A stretch of 64,000 nt of DNA from Candidatus Omnitrophota bacterium. Lineage in GTDB: Bacteria > Omnitrophota > Gorgyraeia > Gygaellales > Profunditerraquicolaceae. The translations under genes were made by a program, and so were the position numbers. This document shows, in pieces, positions 57,737 to 64,000 of the stretch (its first letter is position 1; the number at the start of each line of letters is the position of its first letter). The stretch is taken from positions 13,751-77,750 of the forward strand of contig JBAZGD010000002.1 in NCBI GenBank assembly GCA_041653055.1. The letters run 5' to 3'. The notes below the pieces were generated by a model that was not told where the DNA came from, did not search any database, and saw nothing but the letters and a program-made list of their open reading frames with translations.

Positions 57737-59098
57737 CTATCCTAACAAATGCAGAAAATCCTTCCCATCTGTCCAGGGGTTAAGATAACGCTCAATCTTA
57801 AGGTTATCCTTATTATCCTTAAGGTCTACCTGGGCCTCTTTCTTTTCAGGATAGATTACCTTTACTACAGGCGCAAATATATCATCCTGATTTTCTTCGG
57901 ATACTACCGCCACTCTTTTATCACTCAAGGCCACAATCGAGCCGATCGGCCAGACCCCGACTATCTGAAAGAATCTATCGATTAAAAAAGGGTTATAAGT
58001 CGTGCCTTTACCGCGCATCATAAGGTTATATATTGCATCCGGAGGGTAATCTGACTTGTAGCTTCTTCTCGAGGAGAGCGCATCATAAACATCGCAAATA
58101 GAAACTATTTGAGAAACAATGTTCGGTTTCCTGGGAAAAGAAAGCTTGGGGTACCCGCTTAAATCATATTTTAAATGATGTTCAAAACTTACCACCACCG
58201 GCATAATACCTAATGTATCTGCATATTGCAGCAGGAGCGCTGAACCAAGTACTGTATGGCTTTCAATCTGGGAGAATTCAAATTCACTTAACTGCCCGGG
58301 TTTACGGATAATCTTCCTCGATATATAAAGCTTGCCTATATCATGGAAAAGGGCGGCTAATCCAATCTCTAATATTGAATCCTTGGGAAAACCGATTTTG
58401 GAAGAAAAATACATGCTTAAGACAGAGGTATTAATAATATGAGTGAATGTCCCCAGGTCATACCTTTTAAGGGTATTGAGTTTAAGCAGCTGCTGGTATT
58501 GCCCCCCTAAATTATTGATAATATTATTTATGGATGATTTTAAGGCCATGCCATCCACGGCCTCATGATTAAATATCCGGGCTAAAGGAGAAGCAATGTC
58601 AATAAAGGAATCCTCTTCCTGAACTGGCTTGCCCAAACCTACGCCTATTTTGCCAATACTTATATTATTAACCCCCATTGAAAAAAGATAGTCCTGGGGC
58701 TGGCCCTGAATATCTTCCTTAGGCATCGAGAGAAGCGAAACAAATTTTTCAAGCTCAGCAAACTCAATACCCCTGTTGAAGGTAATCCTTTCAATGCCCC
58801 TCTCTTTAATATAGCCTACTCCTACCTCAGCTAGCTTGCTCAGGGAAAAAAGTATCTCTTTCTCAAAAGCAATTTCATCGCCGATAATGCCTATTGTAAA
58901 CTCAGCCCTGTCAATTAACGCATCCTGAATGCTGTTAAAAGCCTTTTCAAGCGCTTTTTTAAGTATGGAATGCCCCATCCCGTAAAGCCTGGCTGTCTGT
59001 ACCGCAGCCAGGAAATCCTTAAAAAATAACTCTATTTCTTCCTGCACGTTAGGCTCTCCAATATATCCCTGGCTTTCTTTTTTAAAGAGGCATGCCAA
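57737..59098 (-). CDS. HD-GYP domain phosphodiesterase (c-di-GMP signalling) with an uncharacterised N-terminal domain
   Basis: HD motif LFHDIGK and HHxxxDxSGYP (HHLKYDLSGYPK). TTG start in the track. The N-terminal approx. 110 aa is homologous to the N-terminus of the upstream 645-aa protein. Confidence 0.8.
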   Translation of the reverse strand: MACLFKKESQGYIGEPNVQEEIELFFKDFLAAVQTARLYGMGHSILKKALEKAFNSIQDALIDRAEFTIGIIGDEIAFEKEILFSLSKLAEVGVGYIKERGIERITFNRGIEFAELEKFVSLLSMPKEDIQGQPQDYLFSMGVNNISIGKIGVGLGKPVQEEDSFIDIASPLARIFNHEAVDGMALKSSINNIINNLGGQYQQLLKLNTLKRYDLGTFTHIINTSVLSMYFSSKIGFPKDSILEIGLAALFHDIGKLYISRKIIRKPGQLSEFEFSQIESHTVLGSALLLQYADTLGIMPVVVSFEHHLKYDLSGYPKLSFPRKPNIVSQIVSICDVYDALSSRRSYKSDYPPDAIYNLMMRGKGTTYNPFLIDRFFQIVGVWPIGSIVALSDKRVAVVSEENQDDIFAPVVKVIYPEKKEAQVDLKDNKDNLKIERYLNPWTDGKDFLHLLG

Positions 59099-60969
59099 AA
59101 TAAATTCATTTTAGTAAAAGGCAGCAGGTAATCCGCGCCTTCCCTTAAACCCAATTCTTCTATAATCGACATATTCTCCAGTATTACCCTATTCTTGCTA
59201 CCCCAGGGGCTTTTAACCTCAAGCAGAAGCCTGGCCCCTTCCCTCTGCGCTTCCTTATCTCTTGATAAAACCTTAAGGATCTCTTTTTTTAAGATCCTGC
59301 TGCTCTCCTTAAGCGCGCCCAAGAGAAAATCCCGGTCGAACCGAGTCATGCTGCGCATCGACTTTAATATTTCTGACCTTATCATCTCGTTGGAAAAAAA
59401 GTAAATCTGCTTCAGCATTGGCAGGGAAAGATCCAAATTTACCTTCGAAATAGTCCTTACTATTGAAACCAGGAATTCTAAATCATTAGACCTTGACTTT
59501 ACCCGGGAATAGAAAATATCCAGTTGAGAAGGAAAAAACTTAAAAAACATGGTTAATCCGCAAACATTTGCCCCGCCTTCCCCAAAAATCTTATCAAGAT
59601 AGAACTGGCTCCCCTTGCAGCTCTTAACCAAACCCTCGGCCATTGAATTTAAGCCGGCATTTGAATCCCCTCCCCAAACCCCCTCTTCTATCAGCTGGGA
59701 TATCCTATCCTCCAAAACGCCTAACTGGGCTATGGGCCCTGTCCCATTCCGCAGGCTTTCTTTAACTACCTGCAGAAGGTATTTTATATATTCATAGTCT
59801 CTATTTTCAGCTATAAAACCCCATTCCTTCTCTAATCTTTCCAATATATTCTTCTTTCTGGCGGCATCGTTTTCTTTGCTTAACATGTTAAGCAGAATAA
59901 AACAGTAATTAATCCGCATTTCAACAGGGTCAAAAAAGAAACCCTCAGATGATGACATATCCTTAAGCATGGAAGAAAGCGTATTGCGATATACCGGAGA
60001 TAAATTCTGAGAATCAGGGCTTAAAAGAAGGCTCTGGATCCTTTTTGCTAAAAGAGGATTTTTCTTTAACGACAACTTAGGCTCTATGCTCCTGGATAAA
60101 GAGGCTGCGATATTTTGGGCGCCCACGCTTTCGGAGATAGTGGAAAAGAAGTTATAAAACAACGGGTCAGGAGGCTCATCTTTGGAAACATTAGACCATA
60201 AAACCTGGGCCAGGTCATGCTCATTTAAATCATTAAAGAGAACCTTAAGGGACTGAAAATCCTGGCCGGTTAAAGTATTTTCTGAATTAACTAAGTAATT
60301 GAATAGCTCGCCGGAACACTGAGAAAACTTTTCATTATTGCTTTCTTTAAGCTGCCGCATAAACTTAACCAAATCCTCCTTTAAGTCGCAATCGGCGATT
60401 ATATCCTGCGCATGCATCTTCCTCAGCGAGAGCGAAAAATTGTCCGCAAATTCGCTCAGCTTGGCCTTATCCTGGCCTGAAACAGCTCCCTTAAATAGAT
60501 AGCGCCATACATCCTGTGAATCCTCCTGGGATTGGGCGTTAAGCAGGCTGGAATAATCCAGCTCCTCAACTAAGATATGCCTGGGCGCTGTCTTCTTTAA
60601 TATCTCCCCTAACCCGCCGTTTTTAATAATATCCCTTGGGGAAAGAGCCAGGGCGCTTAATAAATCCATCAGCTCATCGCTGTTACACCCGGGGCTTATT
60701 ACTATTTTCTTTATTTTGCGCTGGTGCAGTATCTTGGCCAACTCGATATATGCTTCGGGTTTAACCCAGTACCTCTCGTCCATAAAAAGAGAACCCGGAG
60801 CAATACCCAGTTCTATGGGGTTAATAAAACGCAGCAGCTCTTGTATTGTAAAATTAAACTCCTCTACAGACTTAATGAGATAGGGGTGGTTTCTAGGATA
60901 GGCTAGGGCATTATTAAAAGCTATGCGCAAACCTTTAATAAAACCTTCTATGGCTTCTTCTTTATTCAT
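59032..60969 (-). CDS. hypothetical 645-aa alpha-helical protein, paralogous N-terminal domain to the downstream HD-GYP protein
   Basis: No catalytic motif recognised. Residues approx. 6-115 align without gaps to HD-GYP residues approx. 20-130 (anchors Y-x3-H, IQ, G-I, SP+DI). The 3' end overlaps the HD-GYP ORF by 67 nt. Own promoter-like TTGAAT-16-TAAAAT and SD upstream. Confidence 0.5.
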   Translation of the reverse strand: MNKEEAIEGFIKGLRIAFNNALAYPRNHPYLIKSVEEFNFTIQELLRFINPIELGIAPGSLFMDERYWVKPEAYIELAKILHQRKIKKIVISPGCNSDELMDLLSALALSPRDIIKNGGLGEILKKTAPRHILVEELDYSSLLNAQSQEDSQDVWRYLFKGAVSGQDKAKLSEFADNFSLSLRKMHAQDIIADCDLKEDLVKFMRQLKESNNEKFSQCSGELFNYLVNSENTLTGQDFQSLKVLFNDLNEHDLAQVLWSNVSKDEPPDPLFYNFFSTISESVGAQNIAASLSRSIEPKLSLKKNPLLAKRIQSLLLSPDSQNLSPVYRNTLSSMLKDMSSSEGFFFDPVEMRINYCFILLNMLSKENDAARKKNILERLEKEWGFIAENRDYEYIKYLLQVVKESLRNGTGPIAQLGVLEDRISQLIEEGVWGGDSNAGLNSMAEGLVKSCKGSQFYLDKIFGEGGANVCGLTMFFKFFPSQLDIFYSRVKSRSNDLEFLVSIVRTISKVNLDLSLPMLKQIYFFSNEMIRSEILKSMRSMTRFDRDFLLGALKESSRILKKEILKVLSRDKEAQREGARLLLEVKSPWGSKNRVILENMSIIEELGLREGADYLLPFTKMNLFWHASLKKKARDILESLTCRKK

Positions 60970-61001
60970 CGGCTTATTTTACCTCTAAAATAAGTTTATT
61001 C

Positions 61002-61037
61002 AATAATAAAAACGCCCTCTGAGCATAAGAGGGCGTT
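61002..61037 (-). terminator. rho-independent terminator downstream of gdhA
   Basis: 9-bp GC-rich stem AACGCCCTC / GAGGGCGTT (61011-61019 / 61029-61037) with a 9-nt loop, followed on the minus strand by a U-run (plus-strand aataataaaa at 61002-61010). Confidence 0.65.
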
Positions 61038-61066
61038 TTCAGGATAAAATATCTTTAGTGCTATTA

Positions 61067-62404
61067 TCAGACTATTCCCTGGTCAATCATGGCATCGGCA
61101 ACCTTAACAAAACCGGCGATATTTGCTCCTTTAACGTAGTTGATATAACCGCCTTCTCTCCCGTACTTAACACATTGCTCATGTATAGCCACCATTATGT
61201 CGTGCAATCTTCTATCTACCTCCTCGCGCGGCCAAGAGAGGCGCATACTGTTCTGAGACATCTCTAACCCGGAAGTAGCCACGCCTCCGGCATTAGATGC
61301 CTTGCCCGGAGCGAAAAGAATCTTAGCCTTCTGGAAAACCTCAACGCCGGCAGGTGTAGTAGGCATATTCGCCCCTTCACCTATGGCAATACAGCCGTTT
61401 TTAACCAGGGTTTTTGCCTCCTGCTCATCTATTTCATTTTGCGTTGCGCTGGGAAAAGCTACGTCGCATTTTATCGACCAGGGCTTTTGCTTATCGAAAT
61501 ATTCGCATTTAAATTCCTTCGCGCATTCCTTTATTCGGCCGCGCTTGACATTCTTTAAATTCAAAACGCACTTCAGCTCTTTCTGGTCGATACCTTCATG
61601 GTCATAGATAAATCCGTCAGAATCAGAAAGGGTTACTACCTTTGCCCCCAGATGAAGCAGCTTCTCTACGGTATACTGGGCAACATTACCCGATCCGGAG
61701 ACCGCGCAAACCTTACCCTTAAGAGACTCTCCCCTTGTCTTAAGCATTTCTTCAACAAAATATACACAGCCGTATCCCGTAGCTTCCGGGCGGATAAGGC
61801 TTCCTCCCCAGTTTAATCCCTTGCCGGTTAAAACACCGGTAAATTCATTGCGTAATCTTTTATACTGGCCGAACATATAGCCTATTTCGCGGCCACCCAC
61901 CCCTATATCACCGGCGGGGACATCTGTATTAGGGCCTATATATTTGGAGAGTTCTACCATAAAGCTCTGGCAAAACCTCATTACCTCGTTATCCGACTTC
62001 CCCTTAGGGTCAAAATCTGACCCCCCCTTGCCTCCGCCCATAGGCAGGGTAGTCAATGCATTCTTAAAAACCTGCTCAAAAGCCAAAAATTTCAAGATAC
62101 CCAAATTCACACTGGGATGAAAACGCAGGCCGCCCTTATAAGGCCCAATTGCGCTGTTCATCTCTATGCGATAACCCCGGTTAATCTGAATCTCCCCTTT
62201 ATCATCAAGCCAGGGGACACGAAAAATAATAGTCCTTTCAGGCTCAACCATTCTCTCTAATATTTTAGCCTTAAGGTACTTAGGATTTTCTTCGATAAAC
62301 GGAAGCACCGATTCTACAACCTCCCTGACTGCCTGATGAAATTCAACCTCTCCAGGGTTCTTGCTTATAACATTACTCATAAACTCTTCGATTTTTACCG
62401 ACAT
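61067..62404 (-). CDS. gdhA: NADP-specific glutamate dehydrogenase
   Basis: …KGGLRFHPSVNLGILKFLAFEQVFKN…PMGGGKGGSDFDPKGKSDNEVMRF… are canonical Glu/Leu/Phe/Val dehydrogenase motifs. SD GGAGGT. Confidence 0.9.
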   Translation of the reverse strand: MSVKIEEFMSNVISKNPGEVEFHQAVREVVESVLPFIEENPKYLKAKILERMVEPERTIIFRVPWLDDKGEIQINRGYRIEMNSAIGPYKGGLRFHPSVNLGILKFLAFEQVFKNALTTLPMGGGKGGSDFDPKGKSDNEVMRFCQSFMVELSKYIGPNTDVPAGDIGVGGREIGYMFGQYKRLRNEFTGVLTGKGLNWGGSLIRPEATGYGCVYFVEEMLKTRGESLKGKVCAVSGSGNVAQYTVEKLLHLGAKVVTLSDSDGFIYDHEGIDQKELKCVLNLKNVKRGRIKECAKEFKCEYFDKQKPWSIKCDVAFPSATQNEIDEQEAKTLVKNGCIAIGEGANMPTTPAGVEVFQKAKILFAPGKASNAGGVATSGLEMSQNSMRLSWPREEVDRRLHDIMVAIHEQCVKYGREGGYINYVKGANIAGFVKVADAMIDQGIV

Positions 62405-62428
62405 TTACTTCACCTCCTTAAGTTTAAA

Positions 62429-63859
62429 TTATTTAATAGGTAACTGATAAAGATAATCCTTAATCGCAAAGGCTGCCTTCTTGGCCATACCCATTGCCTC
62501 AATCACTGTCCCTTCCCCTCCGACTATGTCGCCTCCGGCAAATACCCCTCTCATAGAAGTCTCCATAGTTTGAGGATTGACTATAACATCCGAATATTTA
62601 TCTGTTTTGATTTCCGGGGTTACGCTGGTTAAAACCTGATTCGCCTTAAGCCCTATGGCAATGATAGCCAGGTCGCATTCAATTTCAAAATCGCTTCCCT
62701 CAATGGCAACCGGCCTCCTTCTGCCAGAGGCATCCGGCTGCGCTAATTTACACTCCAAAGATTTTAACACCTTTACAAAACCGGCATCATCACCCTTAAA
62801 CTCTTTCGGGCTAACCAGCACCTTAAACTTAACGCCCTCTTCCTTGGCGTGCTCTATCTCAAGCCTGCGGGCAGGCATCTCTACCTCTGTCCTTCTATAA
62901 ACAATAGTAGTGTCAGGCTCAATATTATTCATCTTTTGCAGCCTTAAAGCACAGCGCGCGGCATCCATTGCCGTATTCCCCCCCCCTATCACTAAGATAT
63001 GCTTACCTATATTAACGGGGGTATGGGCCTTAGGAAACTCATATGCGGACATAAGATTAACCCTGGTCAGAAATTCATTTGCAGAATAAACATTGCAAAG
63101 GTTCTCTCCCGCAATACCGAGAAAGGAAGGGACCCCTGCGCCCAAACCTAAAAAGACCGCAGAAAAACCTTCTTTAAACAAATCCGCTAAATCATTAGTC
63201 TTGCCTACAATAAAATTTGGCAGAATCTCAACGCCTAAGCTTTTTAAATAATTTATCTCAAAATCAAGTATATCGCGCGGCATCCTGAAAGGCGGAATGC
63301 CATACCTTAATACCCCTCCGTTTTTATGCAGCGCCTCAAAGACCGTAACCTTAACCCCCAAACGCGCTAACTCTCCTGCGCAACATAATCCGGCGGGCCC
63401 GGAACCTACAACCGCAACTCTATGCCCGGCTATTTTTTCGTCGGGAATGATATTTACCATTAAACCGTTTCTCATCCCGAAATCGCCGACAAACCTCTCA
63501 ATAAAATGTATATTTATGGAATCCTCTCCGGCAAATGGCGAACCTTTTTTTGTTAAAACGCAGGCCTTCCTGCACTGGTATTCCGCAGGGCAAACCCTCC
63601 CGCAGATGCACGGAAAATTACTCTTCTCCCTAATAGTATAATAGGCACCGGCAAAATCCTTCTGCGTAACCTGCTTTATGAACTGCTTGATATTTATTCC
63701 TACCGGGCAGCCGGATATACACTTGGGGTCTTTACACTGCAGGCAGCGCGATGCCTCTGAAACGGCCTCTTCCTGAGTATACCCGCAGGTTACCTCTGAG
63801 AAACCTAAAATTCTCTCACAGGCAGGCACTTCTTTTGTCTTAACCGCCGGTTTTGGCAT
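62429..63859 (-). CDS. gltD: glutamate synthase small-chain-like FAD/NAD(P)H oxidoreductase (GltD / NfnB / SudA type)
   Basis: N-terminal Fe-S Cys clusters, GxGxxG (VAVVGSGPAGL), second dinucleotide fold (…ILVIGGGNTAMD…). Confidence 0.85.
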   Translation of the reverse strand: MPKPAVKTKEVPACERILGFSEVTCGYTQEEAVSEASRCLQCKDPKCISGCPVGINIKQFIKQVTQKDFAGAYYTIREKSNFPCICGRVCPAEYQCRKACVLTKKGSPFAGEDSINIHFIERFVGDFGMRNGLMVNIIPDEKIAGHRVAVVGSGPAGLCCAGELARLGVKVTVFEALHKNGGVLRYGIPPFRMPRDILDFEINYLKSLGVEILPNFIVGKTNDLADLFKEGFSAVFLGLGAGVPSFLGIAGENLCNVYSANEFLTRVNLMSAYEFPKAHTPVNIGKHILVIGGGNTAMDAARCALRLQKMNNIEPDTTIVYRRTEVEMPARRLEIEHAKEEGVKFKVLVSPKEFKGDDAGFVKVLKSLECKLAQPDASGRRRPVAIEGSDFEIECDLAIIAIGLKANQVLTSVTPEIKTDKYSDVIVNPQTMETSMRGVFAGGDIVGGEGTVIEAMGMAKKAAFAIKDYLYQLPIK

Positions 63860-63867
63860 AATTTACC

Positions 63868-64000
63868 CTAGAATAACTTATTAAGATTACAGATATGCTT
63901 CTCTTTATCCTGATAGACACGATTTCTCTGAATTAGCTCATCCCAGTCTATCTCCTGCGCCTCAAACTCCGGGCCGTCAATACAGCTGAATTTTGTTTGC
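63868..64000 (-). CDS. C-terminal fragment of an NfnA/SudB/PyrK-like ferredoxin-NADP reductase-type subunit (gene runs off window end)
   Basis: Reverse-strand translation …QTKFSCIDGPEFEAQEIDWDELIQRNRVYQDKEKHICNLNKLF* resembles the C-terminus of the small partner subunit that precedes gltD/nfnB-type genes. Confidence 0.45.
   Translation of the reverse strand, partial: QTKFSCIDGPEFEAQEIDWDELIQRNRVYQDKEKHICNLNKLF

Noticed and set aside
59047-59098. Alternative starts for the HD-GYP gene (GTG 59047 with GGAGAG SD; ATG 58981)
   Set aside because: Not rejected as impossible but not adopted. All options keep the gene overlapping or abutting the upstream ORF, so the coupled-pair conclusion is unchanged. 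The track coordinates were retained.
1-64000. Mobile elements, prophage, CRISPR arrays or defence islands
   Set aside because: No transposase, integrase, recombinase, Cas or restriction-modification signatures. No direct-repeat arrays. No abrupt composition changes noticed by eye. The window looks like conserved core chromosome.

Overview
This 64 kb window is a gene-dense bacterial chromosomal segment (about 70 CDS plus 4 tRNAs), almost entirely core genome. Nearly every gene is on the minus strand, apart from a PpiD/SurA-like chaperone gene and a Gfo/Idh/MocA-lpxB pair.

Recognisable blocks in coordinate order:
- lpxD(partial)-skp-bamA, dnaB, then an rpsF-ssb-rpsR-rplI operon.
- A Bacillus-like ispE ... 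spoVG-glmU-prs-ctc(rplY)-pth arrangement with a tRNA-Gln inside it.
- Split transketolase, a TPR protein and hisG.
- A four-subunit pyruvate:ferredoxin oxidoreductase operon (porGDAB), followed by ferritin-like and ferredoxin genes.
- tlpA-ccdA-cutA, pgeF, rmuC, ttcA, malQ, a prepilin peptidase and aroE.
- An ilvD-ilvB-ilvN-ilvC-leuA block, a gatZ-like gene, pfkA, ahcY and metK.
- A sugar-phosphate nucleotidyltransferase, then a permease-less PTS set (ptsI-ptsH-yvcK-ptsN).
- A tRNA-Lys / tRNA-Leu / tRNA-Gly cluster.
- frr-pyrH-tsf-rpsB, msbA, lpxB, an M48 peptidase, an L27-like gene, a beta-CASP MBL nuclease, a DedA/TVP38 protein, DUF1846, an HD-GYP protein overlapped by a 645-aa unknown protein, gdhA, and a gltD/NfnB-like gene with a partial NfnA-like partner.

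bamA, lpxD, lpxB and msbA indicate a diderm, LPS-containing organism. The gene order is Firmicutes-like and the metabolism looks anaerobic (POR plus ferredoxins). I saw no transposase, integrase, CRISPR array or recognisable defence genes.

The ORF track assigns M to TTG and GTG starts, and I re-derived several starts (bamA, cutA, rpsR, the nucleotidyltransferase, the Gfo/Idh/MocA gene).

The parts most worth follow-up:
- A roughly 200-nt, multi-helix, ORF-free element sits inside the tRNA cluster.
- The overlapping 645-aa/HD-GYP gene pair shares a homologous N-terminal domain.
- The nucleotidyltransferase has a non-canonical ATA start coupled to the ptsI stop codon.
- SpoVG carries an inserted zinc ribbon.
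- A hyper-basic 33-codon ORF follows a 3x heptamer repeat.
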